Shown here piece by piece: positions 1-14,500 of a DNA stretch of 64,000 bases. How positions within the stretch are numbered: position 1 is the stretch's first letter; each line of letters opens with the position of its first letter. This DNA is from Lingula anatina (lineage: Eukaryota > Animalia > Brachiopoda). Where the stretch lies: contig CM120644.1 of the NCBI GenBank assembly GCA_051362555.1, positions 690,954-754,953 of the forward strand, given 5' to 3'. A program made the position numbers and the translations under genes. The notes beneath the pieces were generated by a model. The model was not told where the DNA came from and did not search any database. It worked only from the letters and a program-made list of their open reading frames with translations.

Positions 1-3000
1 ACTTGTGTCACATGACAGTCATAAAATTTAACTAATTGTTATGTGTGCAACACACTCGCTTGAGCAGTATCGTTTTTTTTTTGCGATTTTACATGTGGTC
101 TAGCTTGGATACGACAATTGACAATTTTCATGAGTTCCGATCAGAAAGTGTTACGCTTGTTACGGCCAAAAGCCTTACCGCTTTTTGTACTTTTCAAATG
201 CAAGATTATAAAAAAAATTGGTGTGTTTAGATTCTTGAACATCTTGATCGTGGCGTGGTATATATTGCATGGATACTGCTCCAATATTTCTTGGAAAAAA
301 TAACCTGATTTGTTCAGAATACCAATTTTTTACTCTAGTGTTATGGGTAAATGTACCATTTTGGCCTTTACCTTTTTCATGTTTAAATCTAAAAAGACTT
401 ATCATGACAGTTGGTCATCATTTTTCTTCTCACCATGGTGGGTGGCTTTGGAGTGGTAACTTTGTTGTTAAAGTAAAGTGCTCAGTTTTTTTTGACTGGA
501 AAATTTTGCCTCCACCCAGCATTTTCCATCATGGCGGTCTAACAGGAAGTTTGACTTCATGGCATAGTTATTTTAAACTTATTTAGTCTTCTTTTTACAT
601 ATATATGTTTTAATTCATATTAAACCTTTGAAAAAAGAACACACATGAAACCTGGTGCTTTTAATTTAAAGTCTTAAGTTCACCTAGGCTCCACCAATTA
701 CTTTACCTGTTATCTCACTACACATCTCCCTTTGAGTCAAGGTGTGTAAGACACACCTTATTGTGTAAGACACCTCTATAATTAAGGGGTACTTGCTTCT
801 CTACTTTAATTATACTTCACTACTTTGGCATGTTAGGTGGCAAGCTTGGATGTTTCAGTTCATTTTAAGAAAGCTTTGCCTTGGTGGTTACAAAAGAATA
901 GAACTCTATTAAGGTTTATTCATTACTTGAAAGTAAATATTTCATCTTGCAGTGTTGAAACAGAAATTCTCTCAAAATTGATAATGAATTTTACATGCAT
1001 ATCTTAACACTACTCAAGTTTTTTTTTTCTTCTATTATAGATATGGGAGAAAGCTGCATTGAATATATGAATTATGGTCAGGCTGGAAAAAATTTTAAAA
1101 TGTCAATGAAAAAAGGAGGTCAGCGTGTCTGGGGTAAGTTACTTTTGTCCTAATGCCTAAGATGCATTAAACATTCACTAACAACAGTACACTTTTTAAT
1201 TTTTTTCAAAACAACAACCTTGGGCATTTTCCTTTTAGCAACCAGCCTCTCTGAAATCCCCTTTTTGTCCTGTCAGAAGAGTAGGAACCAGGGCGGATTT
1301 AAATAATTTCTTGTAATAAGTACAATTTCTTTCAATTTCTTGGGGTTTTTAGCTTGTGATCATGAATCTTGATATTCTACATAAATTTATTTGTAAATTG
1401 TTCATTTATGTGGTGAACATTTCAGTCAAGTCATAACAAGACACATTGAACTTCACTGCGTAATTCCATAATGTCTACATGGATACTAGTAGTTCATAAT
1501 GCTATTATTATGTTTTTTTTTCTAACCTACAGGTTTCTCTCTTTTCTGAGTGGCATGGCATTGGCAGGCAGAAGAAAAGGCCCTGAAGAAATTCTCACTT
1601 GGTTTGTCCTTTTTGGAGAAGAAACTGGATAAGACTGGCCAACAGAGATTGCATTAAATTAATAGTGCTCCTTCATGACATTTTAAAATATTTTCAGTCA
1701 CCTAACTGACTCTATACATTTCAAAAGTTGACATAAATTTTATGTTACTGTCACGTGGAAAAAATCAAAACCTATATATAATTTGTTGAGTGCCATGGTA
1801 TAACAGTCTGCTTGATTGCCAGTAAAATTTGGACTGTTTCAGTGAAATTTCTTTAAAGCAGTCACTTACTGGCCCAGTTAATTTTTTCAGCTGTAACATG
1901 TACTCCAGTTCATTTTATAAATGTTCCTACTAAGTGTTGTCTTGACTTATAATAACCTTTTGAAAATCTCATGTTTTTTATCCTATTTGTAAGAATTAGT
2001 CTTATCTTCTAGGGTTTTTTTTTTCATTCAACCCATTAGATTCTCAGACCTTGCTGGCCTGTGAGTGGAATAGTATCTGGCACAGACTGGTATCAGCAAG
2101 TCAGATAAAAAAGAATATAATTATTTCTATTTGCACGGTTGAAAAAAATTCCAACACAGACTGCATAAAACTTGGAAAACTATAGCAACTTAATCATTCT
2201 TATGACTTCATTAATTACTGCTTATGTGTAAAATTTTGTTTTTGTTCTTCTATTGATATAATAAAATGGTTTTACTCACAGATGCTACTATCATGATGCT
2301 TGAGTATAGAGTTGACTTAAAAGATATTTTAAGTTAATATAGTAAATAATAGTTTGAAATTCAAAATTCTCATCTTTACTTGTTTCACTTTAAAGAGCTC
2401 AGTTAATACTAAAATTTCTGATATATTTTGTACATAAATATATTTATGAATGAATAAAAATTATTCTTAATGTTTAGCACTGTGCACTTGTTTACCGACA
2501 AATAAGAAGTGTTAGTGTGTGTCAAAATAATCCTGACAATAAAAAGGGAGATTTCCAAGATAAAGAAATTTATAACGAGTATTTAATAAACTGACATGTC
2601 GTGGCATTGCCTTAACCTTTGATTAAAATTTCACTTTAATGCATTATGATATTAAAATTATACCGAGTGAGAGAAAAAAATACTTAAAGAAATTTAAAAC
2701 CAGTCACAAAGCTTAGGCACTGTCTCAATGTAAATGTGTATGGGACAAAAGGGCAGGGGGTCCAAACGTTTATGTATTAATATTATGCCCTTTGGCAGTG
2801 AGGACAGACGTTCACTTGAATGTCATTTTCACAAACCACAGTTGGGACGTTTTCTTTTGACTTATCCTTGGTGATTTTTCACTGTGTTGTGCAAAAGAAA
2901 AGTCATCTATCACCGACTCAAAAAAACTCATGGCGACCATCCTCAGTCACCACCTTATAATCGCTTTCTATAATATCGTTCCCTCCCAGCACATCGTCCA

Positions 3001-3265
3001 AATAACTACCTGTGAAAAAAATCGTCAGCATACAGCGCCGCTTTGACACTACTGATCTCGAATTCTAACGCGAAATAACGCATATAAAATCAATCTCCAA
3101 GCGGAGGAGAGCGACCCAGACGAAACCTTGAGACAGGAGGCCCCCCGTAGCTAGCTCCGCCCCCCATAACAGACATCGGACAATAGAGAGGCTTGCGTGT
3201 AATCTCCTTCTGTTATAACTCCTTGGTTTAATATAAGGTTTAGTGCAGCCTATTCTAGTTGAATA

Positions 3266-3319
<54 letters not shown>

Positions 3320-3747
3320 GGGGGGGGGATCCCTGTATTGATCTATATTGTGTAGTACTTGTAATTTTTCACCTCTCTTTCCCTTTCCAGCATTAGTTTA
3401 GACATGATAATGTATATCTAACTTACGGTAATCACACTGCGGATTACTTCTTGTATTTGTATTTGATCATGCCCGGATGTAGGGCGATTGTCAATAAACT
3501 TCTGGTATGTAGTTGTGGCTTTGACAACGACAGCCAAGATGGCCGGTTGGGAGGACATAGAGCTCTCAAAAAGTTATACCAAAATATCTATACCAGCTAC
3601 AAATATGCAACTGAATCAGTGTTGAATTTGTTTTTAAAGTCAAAGGCATACCACTGGATATAAGGAAAAGCTTATGTGAAAAGATTTGAAAACCTGTAAA
3701 AGATTTGCAGTGGGCAACAAGACAGTCTCAACAAAGATGGGGACATT

Positions 3748-3828
3748 CACTACATTAAGCTAGGAGTGAAACCTGATGCAACTGCTGGAGAGCTAAGGGA
3801 TGCATTCACCTCAAAGGCAAGTAACCTG
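3748..3828 (+). pseudogene. J-domain (DnaJ) N-terminal fragment
   Basis: Translates HYIKLGVKPDATAGELRDAFTSKASNL, matching the J-domain helix I-II pattern (Y..LGV..DA...E++.AF); no HPD motif follows and the upstream frame has stops. Confidence 0.45.
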
Positions 3829-4289
3829 AATGAGTTAAATGCGATCTGACACACACCTTGAAAACGGGTAGTGTGGTCCGATATACCGGTTAATTCAGGA
3901 TCCTTGGGTGCCGAGTCTGGTAGTTGGGTAGGCCTGAATTTGATTCGTCTAATTTTTCATCGGTCGTCACGTATACGATTTACTGGTCAGTCGATCACAC
4001 TGTAGAGGATGCTAACATCTCTAGTAATTGATATTTTTGGCGCGGCGTCGCGTTCAGGTCCAGGAATCTTTTTGCCTCATGTAGCTCCTACAGAGCTAAG
4101 CTGTGTGCCCTGCAAATCTGATATATATGGTTTTCATCTGGCATATTTCATAAAAATATTAACTTTCGATTTGTTTTTTTGTATATCAAATACCACGGAT
4201 AATGTTGACAGCCCCACACCAAGTAACTGCCGTCTCTCTCACATCTCCGTACACTCCACAGACAGTCGAGTACTGGTGATTCCAAACTC

Positions 4290-4517
4290 TGTCACCACAG
4301 CTAGGAACGGTGATACTTGGTGAAGGGCTCGCAGAAAATCTTCAAAAGCAACACGACGCAGTCCCTCTGGCTGAGTGTCCAAGTAGGACAAGACGGACAA
4401 CAGTATAACAGCCATTTTACACTTAGGATTGGTCATGAAAATAATGTTATAACGCTGTTCTTCCGTAAAGATATAATATTTACGAAGCATATTCGCAAAT
4501 GGCTGGATCTTGAGCAA
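4290..4517 (-). pseudogene. CARD/death-fold-like exon remnant
   Basis: ORF 4239..4517: LKIQPFANMLRKYYIFTEEQRYNII...KMAVILLSVL...AFEDFLRALHQVSPFLA resembles the CARD helical pattern (..FTEE..I, ..LL.+L, AF..FL.AL....P.LA); stops lie immediately upstream. Confidence 0.4.
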
Positions 4518-4775
4518 AAATGTTCATTAGCTTGGTTGTTGGATATACATGAAATTCTCAAACACAAGCTTCAATTTTTTTCATACCGTTAGCTTACGGC
4601 CAACCTGGTCGAAGGCCTTCATCAGACTGACGTGAGAAGTTGTTCACACTCACTGACCGCTAGGTGGTATAGCGGCCAGGACCCTCTTGTAAATGTCAGG
4701 TAGATCAACCCCCCCGTCCCTATTCATGGGTGGCTGGTGTCGGCTGATGTTGATCGCCTCTCGTATTTTTCGCGG

Positions 4776-5245
4776 TGTAGTGAACCGTTAATTAGAACTG
4801 ATAGTCTTCTAAATTTGCATACATCAGATATGTATATATTTGTACGTTTTAATTATTCAAATGTATATAGACATGACATGTTGCATGGCAGTTTAAGAGA
4901 AGTTCATTTAAAATGCAAATCAAGATTTAATTTTAATGTATCTACAATTAAGTAAATGTATATAGGCATGGCATGTTTCATGACAGTTATGAAAGCTAAT
5001 TTGAAATGCAGATTAAGATACATGTAGAGTATAAAGGCAGTGACTGAGCCACTGAGGGGGAGAGACTTACAGACTGAGAGAGTGAGAGTGGGATATAGAT
5101 ACTACAGAGCGAGATGGTAGCAGAGACCTGAGCCTTCATTCGGTTGAATAAATCATGTAGCAAAAAACTATACCTGCCTGACTCAGTTGACTTATTGGTG
5201 AAAATGTAACTCTAAGAAAAGTATAACCACCGACTGGTTATTACA
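4776..5245 (+). mobile_element. Solo LTR (4-bp TSD, Gypsy-type)
   Basis: Starts TGTAGTGAACC and ends GGTTATTACA (imperfect terminal IR, TG..CA); GCGG direct repeat at 4772-4775 and 5246-5249; TATAAAG at ~5030 and AATAAA at ~5147. Confidence 0.8.
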
Positions 5246-5451
5246 GCGGGATGTCGGATGGTTCAGATTCAAGAAGTTTCGAGTTTAGAGACTGAGATTT
5301 AATTTCTGGAATTAGCAGTCTGAGCATTTCACTTACTGTTTTTCCTACTTTTGTTGGGAGAAAATCCGACACTGTTTAGTTTTGAAGGGGTGTCTGCCGC
5401 CCGACAGGCATCCAGCGTGCAGCTGTAATAACCTGAGAAAATAAAAAAGCG

Positions 5452-8400
5452 ATATTTTATAAACGAGATCCGTCGATTCATTATGCATGATATTTATGTC
5501 TAATCAATTAAATAAAAAAAATGTATGATGAGACGAAAAAGCACACTATACCTTAGTCAGTAATGGGTTGCACGATTTTCACGATTAGTGTGTTAGGGAA
5601 ATCCAAGTTTAGGAAGAATAAAAAGGGAGAGGGGGAGTCAACTTATAGGGAAACTAGGTCCATTTTAAAAACTATTTATTCTTTAATCCAATAGTTTAAC
5701 TTGAATGTACAGGTTCATGCCAACTGGATGTGCAATTTCAGTTATCAGTTTTTCAAAATAATAAGTTATGCGTTAATTTTTTAAAATAATTTGTGATTTT
5801 ACTATTTCAAATCCTACTCTGTTTCCCTAGGCCCATGCCATATTCTGCGCATGCCCTTTTCTCAGCACTTTTTTCACCAAGTTTGTACCCAGTGGAGATT
5901 TTTCCCTTTTCGCGTGTGTAGGAATATTTACACTGTATGCGCGAATGTAGTGCAGTGAGAGAATTAGTGTTTTTTCTAATTTTTCCTAGCATTTCTTGTA
6001 TGTTGCTGGGGTTAATTTGGGTGTCAACTAGCAGGCTGGGGTGTAAACTACTGCCAGTTTTTTTTAGGACCAGGCACAGGCGTGCAGTGTGAGGCCTTGG
6101 GCGGAGGGGACTGCTGACTGTGAGCGGTGCAACGGTTTGGCTGCTTGTGTACGAGGAAATGTCGTCCGATAAGAACACACATGATTTGGCGTGCTTCCAG
6201 CAATTCATTCAATATCCCCATATTTATAAACGAGATCCATCGATTCATTATGCATGGTATTTATGTCTTATCAATTAAATAAAAAAAAAAAATGTATGAT
6301 GAGACGAAAAAGCACACTATACCTTAGTCAGTAATGGGTTGCACGATTTTCACGATTAGTGTGTTAGGGAAACCCAAGTTTAGGAAGAATAAAAAGGGAG
6401 AGGGGGAGTCAACTTATAGGGAAACTCGGTCCATTTTAAAAACTATTTATTCTTTAATCCAATAGTTTAACTTGAATGTACAGGTTCATGCCAACTGGAT
6501 GTGCAATTTCAGTTATCAGTTTTTCAAAATAATAAGTTATGCGTTAATTTTTTAAAATAATTTGTGATTTTACTATTTCAAATCCTACTCTGTTTCCCTA
6601 GGCCCATGCCATATTCTGCGCATGCCCTTTTCTCAGCACTTTTTTCACCAAGTTTGTACCCAGTGGAGATTTTTCCCTTTTCGCGTGTGTAGGAATATTT
6701 ACACTGTATGCGCGAATGTAGTGCAGTGAGAGAATTAGTGTTTTTTCTAATTTTTCCTAGCATTTCTTGTATGTTGCTGGGGTTAATTTGGGTGTCAACT
6801 AGCAGGCTGGGGTGTAAACTACTGCCAGTTTTTTTTAGGACCAGGCACAGGCGTGCAGTGTGAGGCCTCGGGCGGAGGGGACTGCTGACTGTGAGCGGTG
6901 CAACGGTTTGGCTGCTTGTGTACGAGGAAATGTCGTCCGATAAGAACACACATGATTTGGCGTGCTTCCAGCAATTCATTCAATATCCCCATATTTATAA
7001 ACGAGATCCATCGATTCATTATGCATGGTATTTATGTCTTATCAATTAAATAAAAAAAAAAAAAAATGTATGATGAGACGAAAAAGCACACTATACCTTA
7101 GTCAGTAATGGGTTGCACGATTTTCACGATTAGTGTGTTAGGGAAACCCAAGTTTAGGAAGAATAAAAAGGGAGAGGGGGAGTCAACTTATAGGGAAACT
7201 CGGTCCATTTTAAAAACTATTTATTCTTTAATCCAATAGTTTAACTTGAATGTACAGGTTCATGCCAACTGGATGTGCAATTTCAGTTATCAGTTTTTCA
7301 AAATAATAAGTTATGCGTTAATTTTTTAAAATAATTTGTGATTTTACTATTTCAAATCCTACTCTGTTTCCCTAGGCCCATGCCATATTCTGCGCATGCC
7401 CTTTTCTCAGCACTTTTTTCACCAAGTTTGTACCCAGTGGAGATTTTTCCCTTTTCGCGTGTGTAGGAATATTTACACTGTATGCGCGAATGTAGTGCAG
7501 TGAGAGAATTAGTGTTTTTTCTAATTTTTCCTAGCATTTCTTGTATGTTGCTGGGGTTAATTTGGGTGTCAACTAGCAGGCTGGGGTGTAAACTACTGCC
7601 AGTTTTTTTTAGGACCAGGCACAGGCGTGCAGTGTGAGGCCTCGGGCGGAGGGGACTGCTGACTGTGAGCGGTGCAACGGTTTGGCTGCTTGTGTACGAG
7701 GAAATGTCGTCCGATAAGAACACACATGATTTGGCGTGCTTCCAGCAATTCATTCAATATCCCCATATTTATAAACGAGATCCATCGATTCATTATGCAT
7801 GGTATTTATGTCTTATCAATTAAATAAAAAAAAAAAAAAATGTATGATGAGACGAAAAAGCACACTATACCTTAGTCAGTAATGGGTTGCACGATTTTCA
7901 CGATTAGTGTGTTAGGGAAACCCAAGTTTAGGAAGAATAAAAAGGGAGAGGGGGAGTCAACTTATAGGGAAACTCGGTCCATTTTAAAAACTATTTATTC
8001 TTTAATCCAATAGTTTAACTTGAATGTACAGGTTCATGCCAACTGGATGTGCAATTTCAGTTATCAGTTTTTCAAAATAATAAGTTATGCGTTAATTTTT
8101 TAAAATAATTTGTGATTTTACTATTTCAAATCCTACTCTGTTTCCCTAGGCCCATGCCATATTCTGCGCATGCCCTTTTCTCAGCACTTTTTTCACCAAG
8201 TTTGTACCCAGTGGAGATTTTTCCCTTTTCGCGTGTGTAGGAATATTTACACTGTATGCGCGAATGTAGTGCAGTGAGAGAATTAGTGTTTTTTCTAATT
8301 TTTCCTAGCATTTCTTGTATGTTGCTGGGGTTAATTTGGGTGTCAACTAGCAGGCTGGGGTGTAAACTACTGCCAGTTTTTTTTAGGACCAGGCACAGGC

Positions 8401-9312
8401 GTGCAGTGTGAGGCCTCGGGCGGAGGGGACTGCTGACTGTGAGCGGTGCAACGGTTTGGCTGCTTGTGTACGAGGAAATGTCGTCCGATAAGAACACACA
8501 TGATTTGGCGTGCTTCCAGCAATTCATTCAATATCCCCATATTTATAAACGAGATCCATCGATTCATTATGCATGGTATTTATGTCTTATCAATTAAATA
8601 AAAAAAAAAAATGTATGATGAGACGAAAAAGCACACTATACCTTAGTCAGTAATGGGTTGCACGATTTTCACGATTAGTGTGTTAGGGAAACCCAAGTTT
8701 AGGAAGAATAAAAAGGGAGAGGGGGAGTCAACTTATAGGGAAACTCGGTCCATTTTAAAAACTATTTATTCTTTAATCCAATAGTTTAACTTGAATGTAC
8801 AGGTTCATGCCAACTGGATGTGCAATTTCAGTTATCAGTTTTTCAAAATAATAAGTTATGCGTTAATTTTTTAAAATAATTTGTGATTTTACTATTTCAA
8901 ATCCTACTCTGTTTCCCTAGGCCCATGCCATATTCTGCGCATGCCCTTTTCTCAGCACTTTTTTCACCAAGTTTGTACCCAGTGGAGATTTTTCCCTTTT
9001 CGCGTGTGTAGGAATATTTACACTGTATGCGCGAATGTAGTGCAGTGAGAGAATTAGTGTTTTTTCTAATTTTTCCTAGCATTTCTTGTATGTTGCTGGG
9101 GTTAATTTGGGTGTCAACTAGCAGGCTTGGGTGTAAACTACTGCCAGTTTTTTTTTAGGACCAGGCACAGGCGTGCAGTGTGAGGCCTCGGGCGGAGGGG
9201 ACTGCTGACTGTGAGCGGTGCAACGGTTTGGCTGTTTGTGTACGAAGAAATGTCGTCCGATAAGAACACACATGATTTGGCGTGCTTCCAGCAATTCATT
9301 CAATATCCCCAT
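5452..9312. repeat. Tandem array of 5 near-identical ~771-774 bp units
   Basis: The same ORF recurs at 5807, 6578, 7352, 8126 and 8897 (periods 771/774/774/771); length differences come from one poly-A tract. Confidence 0.97.
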
Positions 9313-9476
9313 TTGTGTACAGTGTGCTCGGAGTTGTGAGAAGACTTCTCCTTAACCTCTTCCAGGGTGGCATATTTTTTTAGATTTGCTAACTTCCACT
9401 TAAATGAAGTGAAAGATCAATTCCACCTCCTTAATTCTAGAGTGCAACAAATACGATATTCAATACGTGCTTCCTT

Positions 9477-9679
9477 CAGTGGCGGATTTAGATGGGGGTG
9501 GGGGTTAGAGGGATCCTGACCCCCCCCCCCCCCCCCCTTTCGATTTATGGTACCCGCTGGAAATTAGAATTTTGACTAGCTGAATCCTAGTTCTAAACCT
9601 TTCCAAATAGCGCCGTTCACCCTCTTAAATACCAAATATTTTCACCCCCCCCCCCCAAATAATCCTGGATCGGCCCCTG
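9477..9679. mobile_element. MITE with CAG(T/G)GGCGGAT-type TIRs
   Basis: 5' CAGTGGCGGATTTAG and 3' CTGGATCGGCCCCTG, with internal poly-C/G tracts. Confidence 0.6.
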
Positions 9680-10555
9680 GGTTAGTAGGTCAAACAATGC
9701 GGGAACAATGTATTTATCATGAGGGTCAATACCTACACTCAACGTTATTATACATCGAGTATTGTAAATTAGAACACATTCAGAAGGGGGCAGCTGTCGG
9801 AGTTCCTACCCTTAGCTGACCTCAGCAATAATAAACTGTTTAATGTCCTTATGGGTGCTCAAGACTTAGATATTCTTAGAATATTTCATAAATAGATGCT
9901 TCCAACAAAGAGAACAGGCCCTCTCTTAATACATTGCACTCTTTTCAGTGTATGTATTTAAATCCATCACATATAGCTTACCACTATACATTTTATTTAT
10001 TTTTTAAGCTAACTTATAAATGGTATTTTTATTTATTTAATTAGACCTAAGTGTGTGTCCATGTCCTGTAGATTTAGCTTGAGTTGTATATTTAACCACT
10101 GTGATTTTACCTTAATTAATTGTATGTAAAGGTTGAGATCAAGAAACATTCCTGTATAGGGGACCTTTAGGCAAAAATGGGAAAATCCAGGGATAGTAAA
10201 ATGACCGTCTATTTATCTACAGGCATATCTGTGAATATCTTGTGAAAAGTCAATCTGTGGCCCTGGTAGAGGGTACCTTCTCCCCCAGTACTGATAAATA
10301 TATATATATATATATATTTGCTTATGTTCAAATTTGGCCTAAATTTGTAACTCTGATTTTCACAAAAGGAATGTTAACTATGTGTACTTTAAGCTGTCTA
10401 GCGGTATTTACTTGTACATTCATTTTATTTTGTCATTGTGACATGTTTTACCTGGCTAGTTAGATTAGATATTTAGAATATAAACATTAGATGAAGGGGG
10501 TTTATACCCTGTAGTTTTTGATCCATAATCTGAACATTATATCCATTATCCACAG

Positions 10556-11473
10556 ATGACAGATCATACATTTTGTAATGTAGTGAAGAGTCGGAGAATA
10601 GTTCAGGACACCAGAAAAGGAATTGCCCTGCTCAAATTACATTGACCAGGATAGTGCAGTTTTTCTTGACTATAGAGTAAGCATGTCTTTTTACAGGTCT
10701 TATAGCTTATTGTTACATAGATTTATTGTTGTTACTATGTAATGTGTTCTTGTTGATTAAAGGACATCTTGACTTTATTGCTGTAAATGTTGCCTCTGAT
10801 GTAGAAAGGAAAATATGATATTAAAATAAAAAAGGGATCATTTTAGGCCAAAAACAATGAGTGGGAAAAAAGGAATAAATCCAAGGATCTACGAAGTGCC
10901 ATCAAACCTGAGTGCCAGTTTGAAGAGGCCTTCTATTTGACACTACCCTCAGAAAACTGTCACATGGGACATCTTACTAAAGGCGTTGTAAGTTTTTTCA
11001 TAGGGAGTATTTTGTTGAGAATTTCAAAACAAAATAATTGGATGATTTCATATAAAAAAAGATTTGTAATGTAAAAAAATGTTAGTTTTCTGTCATGTTT
11101 GTAATTGATTTTAAAGAATACTATAAGTATCCATAATTATATGTAATTGAAATATACTGTTCCTTTATTTTAGGACGAGCATTTTGGTAAGACACTTATA
11201 TATAACTTATATTTGTCCTGGTTTTGCCTTGTGTGCTTTTCTTATGTAAAAGATCTTATTTCATAATTCCTGCACTACCCAATTTATCTGCATTTGCTTA
11301 CTTTTGATAAATATATATTAATATGGTGGTTGGGGCTTTGTGTGATCTTGCTTTGTGTGCTTTTCAGATGTAAATGATTTTATTCCACTATTCCTGCACT
11401 TTTCTATTTATCTGCATTTGCTTACTTTTCACAAGTAATTTCAGTTTAATATGGTTATTGGGATTATGTATGA

Positions 11474-11521
<48 letters not shown>

Positions 11522-14500
11522 TTTCTGATGAACATAAATGTTAGCTCACAATTGCTGCACTTGTTTGTGACAATATTTCTAATCTCACACTATACACCTG
11601 ATTCATTCCAAATTCTAAAATTCTAATTCTAAAAAATGATTTATTAAATCTCCCTGCTTTGTGTAAGTGATCATTGAGGTGAGGGTAGTTTATAGTGTAC
11701 CTGAAGGATGTCAAAGGTACAATCAAGTTGATATGTGACATTGTTTAGTAACAAAATGTAGGTTTTGCTGCGAAGGCAATGTTGGTAAGTAAATATGCCC
11801 AAACTACAAGACACAAAATTGTATTCTAATAACCTAGCTGAACATTAAGTTTGGTAGAAAATGGCAGCTTTTCCATTTGGCAGTAATGCTTAGGGAAAAT
11901 ACTCATAGCCACTTTTATCATGGCTGTCATACTAATTATTATTATTATTAGGATTCCCCATAGGGGAATACTATTGTTTTTGGTATTATTATTATTATAG
12001 TAATTATTCTTTCCGCGTGTTTTTTTTCGCAAAAAATCTGAAATAATTCTCATAGGTAGCCTATGGCAAGAATATGCCACAGAACCAGTTTCAGTGCCCT
12101 TGACCTACTTTTCAAGGTCACAGGGGCTTTTAAAGGCAAAATTTGTAAAATTTGAAATTGCCATTAGGCCTAAAGTATAAGCCATATGGCTAAGGGCCTT
12201 ATGGCCAATGATACAGAGACAAATCCACAGATAATGACTTACTTTTATGCAAGTAGGTCAAGGTCAAGGTCGCTAATGGCCAAACGTGCTCAAAAAATGT
12301 TTGTTTCCGAGATCTCAAAAACCGGAAGGCCCAGAGCCCCGATCGTGGTGGCAAATGATGCCCTATATATTTATCTAAGGTTAGCTGTACTTTAGTAGTG
12401 ACTGCTTAATTACTTTTTTAAATATAGATTTTTAAATATTTATGACATTGCAGAAATCTTGAGTTTGGCAATTTCTCCATGAAACACTGGTTTTTGGTCA
12501 TAGCATGCTATAGTAAACTACCCCAAACATATACCCAAAACCCCAAAATTAAATGTAAAATTTGACCTTGACCCTCATTTTCAAGGTCATTCGGCTATTT
12601 CATGGAGAAATATTGAAATGAGCTAAAAGTGATGTTTTGTTGACCCCCCCCCAACCCCCAATTCGCACATGCTCTTTCAGAATATTGGGTCAAATTTAAC
12701 CCATGACCTTAACATGACCTTGTAAGAGCATTTCCACACCTATTTTGCAGGGGAATCCTCCGCCACTGGCTTTAGCCAGTTGCAGTCTAGTTATTATTAT
12801 TATTATTATTATATCAGTGATTTCTTCTTAAAAATGGAAGGTTATACATTCATATCTTTATTGTCCATTGTTGCAAGTAAGCAAGGATGAAACAAAATAA
12901 TTATTTACCCTCACATGCTTAAATATTTTTGTAAATCAAAACTTCTATACAATTTAAGTTTGTTTTATTTTATATATAAACCGTTTATGAAATAATATTT
13001 TTAGGATAAAACAGTTGCTTCAATCTGATTAGATTTTTATGTCATCGTTATCATCACCATCATCAGAGTTATCAACCAAAGGCCACTACACAGTTCTTTT
13101 TCTCCATCATCAGTGTCCCCAATTTATTGGTGCTCTTTGTCAACACTCCCATATCTTTCGAAGCAGTTTATTTTACTCTGTCCACATGAGAATAGTACAT
13201 TTGCAGTCTTAATTGAGTAAAATGTTTAAGATACACAGACGTTTTATACTAATACACTGTATTTGCATATATTTCAGGCAAACTTAATGTCCCAGCCAGT
13301 TGATCCTGTCATTGTCAACAAGATAAAAGAACTGTACCGTCACAACATGAGGAAAGCAAGTCTTATTGAGACGTACATTCATCTTTTTGTCAAAGATGAT
13401 GTGTTCAAAGGCAAAGAATGTCCTTCACGTCTAAATAGACGCTGGTTCCCGACATTAAAAGACATAAAAAACATTGCTACCTGCCAGTCAAAAAACCCTA
13501 ATGAACAAGTTAATCTTGCTGATTATGTTAATGAACAGAAGGCAATGGATCCAGAAGACTTAATATTTTTTAGGGTATGCTATTTTTTAAAAATTATGTT
13601 ACAAAATCATGATGTTGTAAGATGTCACATGGTAGTGGGTAAAATGATCTCTAGAAGGTGTTGTCATCTCTGAATGATACTGTGGAATTGAACTGATACA
13701 AAATTCTGAGGAATCATCCTTCATGCTAGATTACTGGTATAATTATGATATATTATCCAAATTTTTTCATTTGATTTGTCTAGGCTTCTTCCTTGGGAGA
13801 AAATCAAAAGGTGAACTTCTTGTTTGTATATCAGACAAAGTGGCAAAGGAGACTGCTGAAACGATATGGCAACCACATAACACTCATGGATGCTACTTAC
13901 CGCACCTCTAGGTAAATTATATGAATTATCAAATATATAAATTCTATAGCGCTTTATGTTGCAATTTGTTTTGGAACATCATTATATTTATTATTTTAAT
14001 ATTATAAAATTTGAAGCATCAAGAGTAGAAAATGAGCCAAATCATGCTTTATGCAGACATGAGGTTTTTCTGCAGAAAAGCGGAATTCCACGTTTTTTAA
14101 ATTCAATTCTGATGGTTCCTGAGATTCGTAATGGTGTTTTTTTAACCTAGGCTCATGCCTTATTATATGAGCAAATATCTAGATTAATTTATTTTTCACA
14201 AATAATTGGCATTTTAGAATAAATATTATGTATTTAATATTTGTAAATTGGTGTTGCCTAGAATGATAGGTAATTAACTTAAGATTTATCTATTATTCAC
14301 TCAGATGAAAATAGTTGCCAAAAGAGGAATTCAAATTCACTTGGGCAAATTGAAATATTTCAGCAATATTTTTGGGAAAAATACATGCAAAATGTTTTTA
14401 CTCACTGGGGTTACATGAACCTACATTTTATCCTACAAGACAAAGCAAGCACTACATACAGGTGTATTTAATCTGCCCCTGACAGTAAATAAAATAACTT

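Noticed and set aside
1040-2940. Exon-like segments (1041-1133, 1533 onward, and a CPHC zinc-ribbon-like piece at ~2790-2870 on -)
   Set aside because: Could not be assembled into an open, recognisable reading frame
5807-9312. Repeated 133-aa and 66-aa ORFs as a tandem gene cluster
   Set aside because: No recognisable domain; the last copy is frameshifted; identity reflects the DNA repeat
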